A DNA stretch of 64,000 bases. It comes from Alloascoidea hylecoeti (Eukaryota). Numbering within the stretch: the stretch's first letter is position 1; each line of letters begins with the position of its first letter. Below, piece after piece: positions 1-11,246 of the stretch. The position numbers and the translations under genes are program-made. The notes beneath the pieces were generated by a model that saw nothing but the letters and a program-made list of their open reading frames with translations, was not told where the DNA came from and made no database searches. The DNA is taken from the NCBI GenBank assembly GCA_001600815.1, contig BCKZ01000016.1, positions 485,077 through 549,076 of the forward strand, read 5' to 3'.

Positions 1-2174
1 CATTGAATGCTTCGATTAATAATTTTTCTTTTTGTGCAATTGATGAAAATACTGGCGATTATACCTCAGAGCAAACTGGTGTTTTTCGAACAAACTGCCT
101 GGACTGTTTGGATAGGACAAATTTCATACAACAGGTTATATCTAAAGAAATATTGGTATCCATTTTATATAACTATCGTATAACTTCATCTCCTAGTAGC
201 TCTGCGGGTATTTACAATATGATGGAATCACATAATAAACTATGGGCTAATAATGGCGATCAATTATCACAAATTTATACTGGAACGAATGCTTTAAAAA
301 CATCATTTACAAGAACAGGGAGAATGAATCTAGCTGGAGCTCTTTCAGACATGACAAAATCAGTTAGTAGAATGTACGTAAATAGCTTCATGGATAAAGA
401 TAGACAGGCAATGATTGATTTATTATTAGGAAACAATGCTGATCAAAAGAAAGTGAGAGTTTATGATCCTGCTTCTGAATATGTGGAAACAGAGTTGAAA
501 AAGGTTGAATACAAATTCAAAAGTTTTCAAAATATTAAAATATGGACTGGAACTTTCAATGTTGCAGGTGGATATCCAAGAGAAAGTCTTACATCATGGA
601 TTTTTCCTGATGAAACTAACGATGAAACTGACCTTCCTGATTTGATTTTTATTGGACTACAAGAAATTGTTGAATTAACTGCTGGTAATATGATGACAGT
701 AGATCCAAGTAAAGCTAGAGCTTGGGAAAATAAGCTGGCTGAGACTTTAAAGCAAAAAGGAGGTTATGTTATGATCCGCACAGGCTCCCTTGGATCTCTC
801 TCGCTTTTTATATATGCAAAAAGTTCAAAAGTGGCAGAAATAAAAAATGTCGAAACTGCCACAAAAAAGACGGGTATGGGTGGTATGACAGCAAATAAGG
901 GTGCTTTAGCAATCTCTTTGTTATATGGAGCAACATCTGTTGTAATTGTTAACTGTCATATGGCAGCCGGTCAATCTGGTGTGCAAGAACGTATAGCAGA
1001 TTACCAGGTGATTGAAACTGGTATTAGATTTGCAAGAAATCAAACAATAAAGGATCATGATGTAATTGTTTGGGTAGGTGATTTCAATTACAGAGTTCAA
1101 CTACCCAATGATATGGCTAGAAACTTACTAATAATTGACGATTTGGAAGCATTATTTGCTCATGATCAATTAACTAAGGCAAAATCAGAAAGAAGAATAT
1201 TTCGGGATTACAATGAAATGAAAATTAACTTCCCTCCTACCTATAAATTTGATAAAGGGACACAAACTTATGATACTTCAGAAAAACAACGTGTTCCTTC
1301 TTGGACTGATCGTATTCTATGGAAAAGTTCCGTAGATATGAAACAATTGAATTATAGCAATGTTGATTCCATTAGATTTTCGGACCATAGACCTGTTTAT
1401 TCAACTTTTATTACCAAAATTACTATTATTGATAAAGAGTTAAAGAAAGTATTGGCACAAGAATTTCTAAAGAAGTTCTTTGAGGGATCAAATACGCCAG
1501 ATTTACTGGATTTGCCAATCACAGAAATTCGAACTTCGCATATATCTGAAGATATAACAAGACATTCTACCCCTGTTGTCCAGCAAAATCCACCCAAACC
1601 ACCTCCCCCGAGAGTCCCCCCACCCCGAAGCCAGACACAAACACCCCAATCTCGGAACACAGAACATTCTCCACTGATTAATAGTTCCATAGATTTTCCA
1701 GTTCTTGTTCCGAAATCAAAATTTACCGATACATCATCTGAAAACTCACTACAAATGCCAACGCATTCAAGACAAAACTCAGTATCCCCAGGTTCAAGTC
1801 CAACCCCGCCTCCCGTTCCAAAGAGACGCGAAGATATAGACACTAAATTACAAACTCCTCTTCGAGAATCGACCCCTAATTTACACCCAATGTCTTTCAA
1901 GACGGCGCCGTTAGTCCCAAAAAAGTCGATTAATCTAACGGTTCCAACGGCTCCTATTGTACCAAAGAAGCCTGCCAATCTTACAGCCATACCAAAGTTA
2001 GCAAATGGCAGTAAAAGTGGATCTTTATCTTCATCATCATTGCCTTTATCAAAATCACCTTCCCCAAGACCCTTAAGCTTGACGATGACATCCCCTTCAT
2101 TGCTTGAGGCATATCCAACTGTACCGTCAAAGAAATCTACTTTGTCTTCCTCGAAAACACATAACGGTAACTAA
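1..2174 (+). CDS. INP53: Synaptojanin-like polyphosphoinositide phosphatase (Inp52/Inp53 type), 5' end outside the window
   Basis: Intact Sac1 catalytic motif FRTNCLDCLDRTN, 5-phosphatase motifs WVGDFNYR and PSWTDRILW...SDHRPV, and a Pro/Ser-rich C-terminal tail. The frame is open from the window edge. Confidence 0.9.
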   Translation, partial: LNASINNFSFCAIDENTGDYTSEQTGVFRTNCLDCLDRTNFIQQVISKEILVSILYNYRITSSPSSSAGIYNMMESHNKLWANNGDQLSQIYTGTNALKTSFTRTGRMNLAGALSDMTKSVSRMYVNSFMDKDRQAMIDLLLGNNADQKKVRVYDPASEYVETELKKVEYKFKSFQNIKIWTGTFNVAGGYPRESLTSWIFPDETNDETDLPDLIFIGLQEIVELTAGNMMTVDPSKARAWENKLAETLKQKGGYVMIRTGSLGSLSLFIYAKSSKVAEIKNVETATKKTGMGGMTANKGALAISLLYGATSVVIVNCHMAAGQSGVQERIADYQVIETGIRFARNQTIKDHDVIVWVGDFNYRVQLPNDMARNLLIIDDLEALFAHDQLTKAKSERRIFRDYNEMKINFPPTYKFDKGTQTYDTSEKQRVPSWTDRILWKSSVDMKQLNYSNVDSIRFSDHRPVYSTFITKITIIDKELKKVLAQEFLKKFFEGSNTPDLLDLPITEIRTSHISEDITRHSTPVVQQNPPKPPPPRVPPPRSQTQTPQSRNTEHSPLINSSIDFPVLVPKSKFTDTSSENSLQMPTHSRQNSVSPGSSPTPPPVPKRREDIDTKLQTPLRESTPNLHPMSFKTAPLVPKKSINLTVPTAPIVPKKPANLTAIPKLANGSKSGSLSSSSLPLSKSPSPRPLSLTMTSPSLLEAYPTVPSKKSTLSSSKTHNGN

Positions 2175-2421
2175 ATATCTACAATTATATAAGATTTTTA
2201 CAGTATAACAATATGTGATACTCCTCTGAAAGGGTCACGTGTGTGTTGTGTAAGATATCAGTAAAATTATAATTATGCCTGTGCAGCTTCTTGCGTCCTC
2301 TAATTTTCTAACACTCTTCTTTTTTGTGACTTCTCGCCTTACTTCACGTTGTCAATCCCAGACATATTAATAACTTCGAATTCTCACTTGCACTACCATC
2401 CCCATATAATCTAATCAAGAA

Positions 2422-3261
<840 letters not shown>

Positions 3262-4063
3262 TAATGCAAATGTTGAAATACAACTATCTAATTTCGTTCA
3301 TGATAAAAAGAAATTAGATTCTCACTCAAAATAAGATAAACTCGGGAAATATGGGAATTACGCTTATACCTTACTCAAGTGTGATTGAATAGAGATCTTA
3401 GATATAAGAATCTAACTTTATCATTGGCTATTATTGTGAAGAAGAATATGTATTATATTCAGGTAACCTTACTGAATTATTAAAGGTTGATCTTAACATC
3501 CTACTGTAAAAATTATTTAACTTTTCTTTAATATTATTATTCGCTTCTTTACAACTAATTTTAAGTGTTGGCTCTCCTTCTTTTTAAACTTATTTAACAT
3601 TAATTCATCCTTATAATTATATTTATATATTTGCATACATATTTTGGTTTTTTACTAATCCGCGTTAATTAATATTTGATTTATACAGCTTTAATATTTC
3701 TAATTCCCAATTGAGATAAAATATATGCTTATATTTCTTACAATTACTTAAGTATAATATAATAGCAGTGTTCAGTATTCAATGTTGATATCAATAATTT
3801 GTGGAAAATTCATCCTGAGACTGTTGTATTAACATCAAAATAAAATATATTGTTGGATTCGTTTTATATTAAATAATCAAACTCTTCTCAAGTCCGATGG
3901 TTAGTTCTTCATTTTTATATAAAGTACATATATAGTCATTAAATAATGATAAATGAAACAAAAAGACAATAAAGAGTTTTGAGCAAATAATAAAATAATT
4001 GTGCATGACACTTATTATAATGGAATGAATGTCTAAATATAAATAGTGATTTAAAAATATCAA

Positions 4064-4894
4064 TTAAGTTGAGTGACCATTAGTCGGTTTATCGCTATTG
4101 CTTAGTTTTTGATTATAAGCAACAGAAACTTCCCCATCCGATTCTCCAAAGTAACAGCAGGAAGCCATTTCCGGGAAAAGACCTGTATCAACAACACCTA
4201 GCATCGCTTTGATTTCATCGTGTAGTTTCTGAACATCATCAATTTTTCCAAAGAAGGCATCGATAATAAAATTGTTATTGTCAGTTATGACCGGCCCGGC
4301 TTTTGAAGGCATGCCCTGTCTTACATTTGCAAACAAAGCACCCTTGCTCAGTAGTTCCCTTTGAACTCGAATATAGGCAATTGGAACCACCTCGATTGGA
4401 ATGCCTTTTATCCAGACAGTCCCCAACCCTTCTGGAGCTCGTTTCCGATAATCGGCAACCAGAACAAATTTCTTGGCACTGGCGGCCACCAATTTCTCTT
4501 GAAATAAGCAAGCACCCCCACCTTTAATACAAGATAAGTCGTCATCAACCTCATCGGCACCATCAAAAGCGATATCTAGATCCCCCGGGCCATACTCTTC
4601 GATATTTCCCAATCTTAACCCATTGCCGAGAATCAGGGCTTTTGACTGAAACCCTGTAGGAATGCAAATAAACTGGTCTTTGTAGGACAGTTGAGCAATA
4701 CGTTCAGCCACATATACAACCGTGGAACCAGAACCTATACCGATGACTTTTGCGTTTGGTGGAAAATTATCATCTACTGCCTTATAGGCTGCAGCCTTCT
4801 TAGCACGTTCTTGTAAGTCAACTGCAGAGTCAACGGAGACAGGTTTGACAGGATCATAAGAATGGAGCCCCTTTTGTTCATCAGTGGTGGTCAT
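4064..4894 (-). CDS. RKI1: Ribose-5-phosphate isomerase A
   Basis: Motifs [22 protein letters not shown] and [11 protein letters not shown]. Confidence 0.96.
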   Translation of the reverse strand: MTTTDEQKGLHSYDPVKPVSVDSAVDLQERAKKAAAYKAVDDNFPPNAKVIGIGSGSTVVYVAERIAQLSYKDQFICIPTGFQSKALILGNGLRLGNIEEYGPGDLDIAFDGADEVDDDLSCIKGGGACLFQEKLVAASAKKFVLVADYRKRAPEGLGTVWIKGIPIEVVPIAYIRVQRELLSKGALFANVRQGMPSKAGPVITDNNNFIIDAFFGKIDDVQKLHDEIKAMLGVVDTGLFPEMASCCYFGESDGEVSVAYNQKLSNSDKPTNGHST

Positions 4895-5803
4895 ATTGAT
4901 GGGGAATCTTGGAGGGACAGAATGATGAAAGTATTGAATTAAAGTTCGTTTCGGAACGGACCTAAAAATATTAATACCAAATTTTAAGGATAAAATTTTG
5001 ATAGAAAGAATGTCTGACTAAAAAAATCTATAGATAACCCAAAAGAAACAGAGAAAAGTTATTGAAAGGAAATAATTAAGAGAAATAATTTTGATTCATG
5101 GAGACGAATATAGAGTCACCGACCGGGTAATAACAAACGGTGTCAGAATTAAATTTTTCGGCAAAGGAAAAAAATACCTTGCATAGGCACATCCCAGCAG
5201 ATGATTATAATTAATTGACTTCTGGCTATAGGCTGTGTCTTGAGTCTTGACGGAAATATTGGAAAATATAACATCAGCGGAAAATACGACGGTTCAGCAC
5301 ACAGTTAGTAGGTATCATCAAAGTTATGTGAACCCTTATTTAGGATATTAATCTCATTCACCCGATATGAAGCTTGGTGGGGATTTAAATATTAATTATA
5401 ATGTTACAGTTTAACAGCATCTCTATGCCTTAATCCTACCTACATTCAAAACCGTAAAATAGACAATTGTCCATATTATTTGGCTCTTGTCTCGAGCTCT
5501 TACGTACACCCTTGGCCATTACTTCCACCAGGTTCAAATAAAGTTGACTCATGAAGCGAAAAAAATGTCCTGTATAGGCTTGAATCGCTTGATATAGTTA
5601 CACAATTAATGAGCATATATATCGTTTTAATTACATATTACCAGAGTAAAAATGATACAGAAACCAGGAATTGCCCCAAAAATTGAAGAAACCATCCTGA
5701 AGGACCTGAGCATTAAAGGCTATTCATCGTGTCAAAAAATTGCTTTCCTAAATATCTTTATAATCTTAGCTTTAAACTTAATATATAATGGGAATTAGAT
5801 AGT

Positions 5804-5904
5804 AGTCACTCCACTTAGTTTCGGCCACATGTTGAGTAAGTATTTGGCAACCTTTTGATCTAATTTATAAATGATCAGCATGGCCGAAACTAAGTACGAT
5901 GACT
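5804..5904. repeat. Inverted repeat / long imperfect hairpin
   Basis: Perfect 15-bp arms ACTTAGTTTCGGCCA (5813-5827) and TGGCCGAAACTAAGT (5881-5895). Extra pairing outside (AGTCA 5804-5808 with TGACT 5900-5904) and inside (TGTTGA with TCAGCA). Confidence 0.85.
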
Positions 5905-6404
5905 GAATAATAGTGTAGACATACATGTATATTAAGCTTCCTGTTTCAAACAAGAATGAAATTGGCCATATTTACAAGGAGAACCTTACTTTAAGCTTTA
6001 GATTAATGTATATTATGAGTAGAGTGAGGTATCCCGATTCCCTATAGAAGTGTGACATGACCCTGCTGGGTATCAATATTACCGGGAAGTTGGGAACACA
6101 ATAAGAAATTGGTAATTATAAGATATAAAGATGACAGATCATAGTTGTAATCTATGATATCATCCGCAAATGACGAACATTACATTAACTATATATAATT
6201 AAGCTAGGTTAATAACTGGATAATAAATAGGACCGTTAATATATTTTTAATATTTAATCAATAATTCACATCACATATGTAATTGTGTTATATTCCCATA
6301 AGCTATACCATAAATTTGCCTATCGTGCTTTATATACATAAGATAAGGATATAATACCATGACCATGTTCAAGAACAACTGTCGCATTGTAATTTGCGAA
6401 CAGA

Positions 6405-9400
6405 TCACCAAACATTATTAGTTACATTGAAGTTTTCGATAGATTCTGAACTAGGAACCTGAACTTGACTCTGAGGATTGAGAAAGCTTGTTCTTATGAA
6501 GTTAGATTCTGAACTTGGTAAATTCATACTCGTTGCACTACCTGATCTATTGCCTCCATTTGACCATATATGCGATGCCGCAGGAACTGGGCCAGCAACC
6601 GGAGTAGACCAAATAGTGCTTGGCATACTAGAACAGGTTCCAATCATCGAAGACCCCCAGTTAGCATTCCCAACAGAATTTCTTGGATTTGAGGAAGGAA
6701 TAGTCGAAGAGAAAGGTGATCCTTGGAAGAGGCCTGATGCAAAAACACTAGACCCATTAAGACCAGCTGCAGATGTTCTATTGATTCCTGAAAGTAAGTT
6801 AGAAGCGGAATTACTGGTCTCTTGTCTCATTTCGTGCGTATTTGCATTTTCGTCTAATGATCCACCATTATTTGAAGCATTGGAAGATCCATCTAACAAT
6901 GTTGTAGAATCAATCAGTTTCGTCAACTCCTCGTAAGTTTTTGTCTCCAATCCAGTTCCCTCAATATCACCAACCCTAGAATCATGTCTTGAAACTGAAC
7001 CATGAGCTTGTCCAAAATTTTGGCCTGTTCCTCCGTGACCCATATTCATAGACAAATCTGTTAGAGGATTGGCTATAACTGGAGATTGTAACGATAAAGA
7101 ATTGTTATCTAAAAATGAAGACCTCTGAGGAATTATATTAACATTATTTATTGGGCTTAGTATATTTGAGTGCTGAGGCATAGGAGAATTCGAAGGAAAT
7201 GTTCCAAATTGGTTTGTCGAAAGTCCGGGTGGAGGCATATTCCAAGCTGAACTTGCTTGTGGGGATTGAAGTCCGCTAATAGAGAGCCTATTTGTAAGTC
7301 CTGGTGGTAGCTTTTGCATTGATGGAACATTCGGAAAACTCGATGAAATGGGAAGTGGAGGTGGATGTGTCGAATATTGATTTTGAGGAGGAATTGAGTA
7401 TTGGAAGGGCAGGTCAGCAGATTGAGGTTGCTGATTTAGATTGGGTTGGTGTAGATTTTGAGGTAGAGCCATACTCATATTTGATACAGAAGCGCCAGTA
7501 GAAGAGGCAAATTGATTCATTAATCCTGTGGGTGGTATTGACAGAGGCATTTGTGATTGTAAAGAAGGATTACTAGAAAGAGGAGATTGCATAATTGGAT
7601 TTGTTGGCATTTGGAGAACGGGCGACACAAGGCTTGAATGTGGAGATGGAGAAGGATTTTGGAGAGAGAGATAATTGTTGAATGATGAAGTATTTACATT
7701 GTTTATCAATCCGGTCCCAGCAGCATCCGGAGGCTTTGAGTATAGTTGTTGTAATAATTGTTGTGACTGTATCGGAGTACTCTTCACTGAAATATGTTCG
7801 GCAGCTAATAATGGGATATGATCATTATTAGGGGTATTTATAGGCGATAACGTCGATTGACGTGAATCAGAATTACTACTATCGAGTGACTCCATATTCG
7901 GTAGTCCTTTTACCTTATTCTTAGTTTTGGAACTGTCTTCCTGTTCCTGTTGCCCTTTTGCTATTGTTAAATCATTCAGCTTCCGTGCCTCTTTGTCTTT
8001 CTGTAGCTTTAGTTCTTGTGCTTTTCTTTCTTTGGCGATTTTTTGTTGTTTCAATTTCAGCTCTATGGCCTCCTTTTCTGCCTTCTTCTTTTTTTCTAAG
8101 GCTTCTTTTTCCTTTCTAACTCTCTCTTGTTGTTCTAGCATTCGTTTTTTAGCTTCTTCAGATTTGCGCCTCTTTTCCTCCTCTTGTAGCTTCCGTTCTG
8201 CTTCTCGTTTTAGACGTTGCTGCTCCTTCTTTTTTCTAATTTCTTCCTGCTTCTTTTTTGATTCTTCTCTTTGTCGCTCTTCTGCCTCTTCCTTCTCCTT
8301 TTCTCTTTGTAGACGTTCTTGTTCTCTTTGTAAACGTTGTTGTCTCTTCTTATCCTTCTTACGTTCTTTATCTTTCAACTTCTTTTGCTCCTTTTCTTTT
8401 TTTAATCGTTCTTCTTCATCCAGTTCTTCCAGTAGTTTCTTGGTTCGCTCCTCCGCAACACGCTCTCTATATGCTGTTAATATTCGTTGATGGAAAAGTC
8501 GTGTTGTAAATAATTGAAACATGCGGCGCCCTTCTTCCATTCGTTGTTCTTCTGTTAAATTGTCATCATCATCAGCATCATCATATTCGGCATCGTCATC
8601 ATCATCTTCTTCTTCCTCTTCTTCTTCTACATCGTCACCACAGTATTGATTGCCATCTTCAATTTCATCTTCATTTAATGTTTCGTTTTCTTCTCCAGAA
8701 ATGCGACGTTGCGCCAATTTCTCGATCAAATCTATGAATTTTTGTCCGTCGTTTTTAAGAAGATCATCAGCCACTGTCATTACTCCATCTTGTGAGGTTA
8801 AGCCATTGCTAAAATTAAAGAAGGACTCAAAAAAACTCGATTCTGGATTTTGATCATTATATGATTCGTCTTCAGATTGGTAGTCATCCTGTAAGCGAGT
8901 ATGACTGTGGGTATGTGTGTGAGTATGTGAATCATGATCAATATTCCCCGTATTAGAATGTGAATGAGTATGGTAATCATTAGCATTTCCATTGCTCTGA
9001 TTTCTGTTACCGTTATCACCACTATTACCATTGGTGTTACCATTTCCTAGGGGAAACACGGTGTTCCCCGATTCCAATTCACCATAGTAAGTATCATATA
9101 AAACTTCCAATTCTTCTTCGATAGCAAGTCTTTTACGACCACATTTTGAGCAACTACAACTTGACCTCTGCTGTTCCTTCATTGTCCGTAGTACCGATTC
9201 CTTCTTTACTTTTACAAGATTCCGTCTTTCACTCTCCGAAAGACTTTGCCAAAAATCTTTCAGCCTGAATTGCTCTTCTTGTGTGCTTGTGTTCCATATA
9301 TTATCTTTTTCCTTTTTCTTCTTACTCGATGGGACACAAGTAGTTTTACGAGAGGAGGAAGAGGCTGCAGCGGCTGCTGCTGCTGCAGAAGCCACTGAAT

Positions 9401-9806
9401 GAGAGCTTAATGGATCAAATCCACGAACTATGACATCGCCGTTAGGACTTTGATTTATGACCCGTGAGGCCGGGTATTCATATTTTGGATTTAAAAAGTT
9501 CATACTATTGTTTACAACGGCATTCGCAGTTCCATTTTGAGCAGCTGTATTGGGGGCCAAATCCTTTTGCTGCTTCTTCTTCTTCTTCTTTTTCTTCTTC
9601 TTGGAATGGGTGGCGGTAGGTTGAGCCACGGAGGAGAGAAGTGCCTGGCCAGAGTACTCTGGAATTGGAAGGTCGTCGTCACTAATGGGACTGATCTGCG
9701 GAAGGTCGAATGGACCCATTTTTATCCTGGGATAATTGTGAACTCTTTCCGTGTCGAGAGTAAGCGAGAGAGTGCCGTCTTTAGAGCGAAGCGTAGTTAA
9801 CCCCAT
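6405..9806 (-). CDS. NST1: Stress response protein Nst1
   Basis: NST1-type block IWNTSTQEEQFRLKDFW...CSCSKCGRKR...EEELEVLYD, then VADDLLKNDGQKFIDLIEKL and EEGRRMFQ, a long charged coiled coil and a low-complexity tail. The true start may be the second ATG at 9719. Confidence 0.9.
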   Translation of the reverse strand: MGLTTLRSKDGTLSLTLDTERVHNYPRIKMGPFDLPQISPISDDDLPIPEYSGQALLSSVAQPTATHSKKKKKKKKKKQQKDLAPNTAAQNGTANAVVNNSMNFLNPKYEYPASRVINQSPNGDVIVRGFDPLSSHSVASAAAAAAAASSSSRKTTCVPSSKKKKEKDNIWNTSTQEEQFRLKDFWQSLSESERRNLVKVKKESVLRTMKEQQRSSCSCSKCGRKRLAIEEELEVLYDTYYGELESGNTVFPLGNGNTNGNSGDNGNRNQSNGNANDYHTHSHSNTGNIDHDSHTHTHTHSHTRLQDDYQSEDESYNDQNPESSFFESFFNFSNGLTSQDGVMTVADDLLKNDGQKFIDLIEKLAQRRISGEENETLNEDEIEDGNQYCGDDVEEEEEEEDDDDDAEYDDADDDDNLTEEQRMEEGRRMFQLFTTRLFHQRILTAYRERVAEERTKKLLEELDEEERLKKEKEQKKLKDKERKKDKKRQQRLQREQERLQREKEKEEAEERQREESKKKQEEIRKKKEQQRLKREAERKLQEEEKRRKSEEAKKRMLEQQERVRKEKEALEKKKKAEKEAIELKLKQQKIAKERKAQELKLQKDKEARKLNDLTIAKGQQEQEDSSKTKNKVKGLPNMESLDSSNSDSRQSTLSPINTPNNDHIPLLAAEHISVKSTPIQSQQLLQQLYSKPPDAAGTGLINNVNTSSFNNYLSLQNPSPSPHSSLVSPVLQMPTNPIMQSPLSSNPSLQSQMPLSIPPTGLMNQFASSTGASVSNMSMALPQNLHQPNLNQQPQSADLPFQYSIPPQNQYSTHPPPLPISSSFPNVPSMQKLPPGLTNRLSISGLQSPQASSAWNMPPPGLSTNQFGTFPSNSPMPQHSNILSPINNVNIIPQRSSFLDNNSLSLQSPVIANPLTDLSMNMGHGGTGQNFGQAHGSVSRHDSRVGDIEGTGLETKTYEELTKLIDSTTLLDGSSNASNNGGSLDENANTHEMRQETSNSASNLLSGINRTSAAGLNGSSVFASGLFQGSPFSSTIPSSNPRNSVGNANWGSSMIGTCSSMPSTIWSTPVAGPVPAASHIWSNGGNRSGSATSMNLPSSESNFIRTSFLNPQSQVQVPSSESIENFNVTNNVW

Positions 9807-9943
9807 TTACTCGGTAGTGAGAATAAATATAATACGCCAAGTATGAAGTGGACGAATTTTGGAGGTGCCTACATCCACACACCCATTTATTTACTTGCTT
9901 TTTCGATATATTCAAGATTTATTAATTATATGCTTATATGTAC

Positions 9944-11060
9944 TCAATGGACATCAAATCGGTGCTGGCCGTCTCCATAATCTATAATATCCTTCTCATC
10001 GTTATCTTCCAGACGCAAAGACTTCGTGAACTGCGACAGGTCCATCTCTTCGCCATGATCTTCTTCCGCAACCTCTTCTTCACCTTCATGGTCTGATTCG
10101 TCATCCAATAGAACATCTTTGTATTTGCCCGTTTGAAGTAGCTGTTTACCGCTGAGTATACGCTCTTTCTTCTTGGAAGAGCCGGCCTCCTTCTGCTTCC
10201 TCTCCTCGCGATCCTTCTTCCATGAAGAAAATGTCTCCCAAGTAACTGGTGTGAGTTTCTTTGGTAATTTATGTCTCTCTGTTTCAATGAAATCCTCTAG
10301 GGTTATCTTGGGTTGTTCAGCAAGCGCCATCTTTTCCAGTTTCTTTTGCTCTTTAGTTTTAAGAACAAAGCCGGGTGGAAGTGAATGTCTGTATTTACAG
10401 TCATCTCCATTGGGACATTGCCAGAACCATCCATATTTCATGTTCTCAACAGCCTCAATGAAATATTTGCAAACAATGTCAGTTGTTGTTTTAGGATTTC
10501 CATACTTCGACATTACAACCTGCCGTAGCTTCTCTTCATCCCAATTGTCCATGGTATCTTTTTCTTTTTCTTGACGATCATCAGTATACAAATCCTTTTT
10601 GACTGTTTTCCTTTCGACAGTCAGATTGTGACTAAACTTGCATTTGTTACCTTTTGTGCAGATACCCTGTTTGAAGTAGATACATAAGATGGATTTGGGA
10701 TCAACACCAAATGGCACTTTTTGTGGGACAAGAACGGGGTTAAATAATTGTGCAGCTTCTTTTTTGGCGAGTTCTGCAGCCTTTTTCTCCTGAGCCCGAC
10801 GGGCCTCGTTTTCTTTTCGGTTGCTTGCACCGGATTGTGCTTCCACTTGCTTGACATATCTTTGAACCTTTGAAGATTTATTTTTCTGTACTCAATTTGT
10901 TAATAATATTCAATAAACTAAAACTTACTCCTCTGTTCATTGATTGAATAATAGATTTCTACGACACTTTAGATGGACTTACATTTTTCAACCCAAAGGT
11001 TTTATCCTGAGTATCTTTGACCTTCTTGGGCCCTTGTTGTTGTTTTTTTTTCGGAGGCAT
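9944..11060 (-). CDS. TMA46: Translation machinery-associated CCCH zinc-finger protein (ZC3H15/DFRP1 family), 2 exons
   Basis: Exon 1 11060-10983 (MPPKKKQQQGPKKVKDTQDKTFGLKN), intron 10982-10886 (GTAAGT..CAG), exon 2 10885-9944 (KNKSSKVQRYV...). Two CCCH fingers and YGWFWQCPNG. Confidence 0.93.
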
Positions 11061-11246
11061 TTCAGCAGGATCCTAATTATAAGATTTCAACGAGGATATA
11101 AATTTTTTAATTAAAGTCATCAGAAACACCCATACACTTTTAATTTCCTCTTAAGTTTGCTCCCTTTTAAATTTATGTGACCGTTCGTCTGAATATATTC
11201 CTTCTCATTAATACATCCCACACTTTATCCTAACTAGTAGTTAGTC

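Noticed and set aside
1397..1990. 197-aa minus-strand ORF
   Set aside because: Antisense shadow of the Pro/Ser-rich tail of the synaptojanin gene, with no independent features.
3869..4063. 64-codon ORF in frame immediately after the RKI1 stop (possible readthrough extension)
   Set aside because: The stop is TAA-T, which is not a leaky context. The peptide is AT-driven and has no PTS1.
5652..5798. 48-aa plus-strand ORF MIQKPGIAPKIEETIL... vaguely like a transposase N-terminal HTH
   Set aside because: Too short and weak, and on the opposite strand to the neighbouring C-terminal-like fragment.
7927..8509. Plus-strand Ser/Phe/Cys-rich ORFs
   Set aside because: Antisense reading of the NST1 E/K coiled coil.
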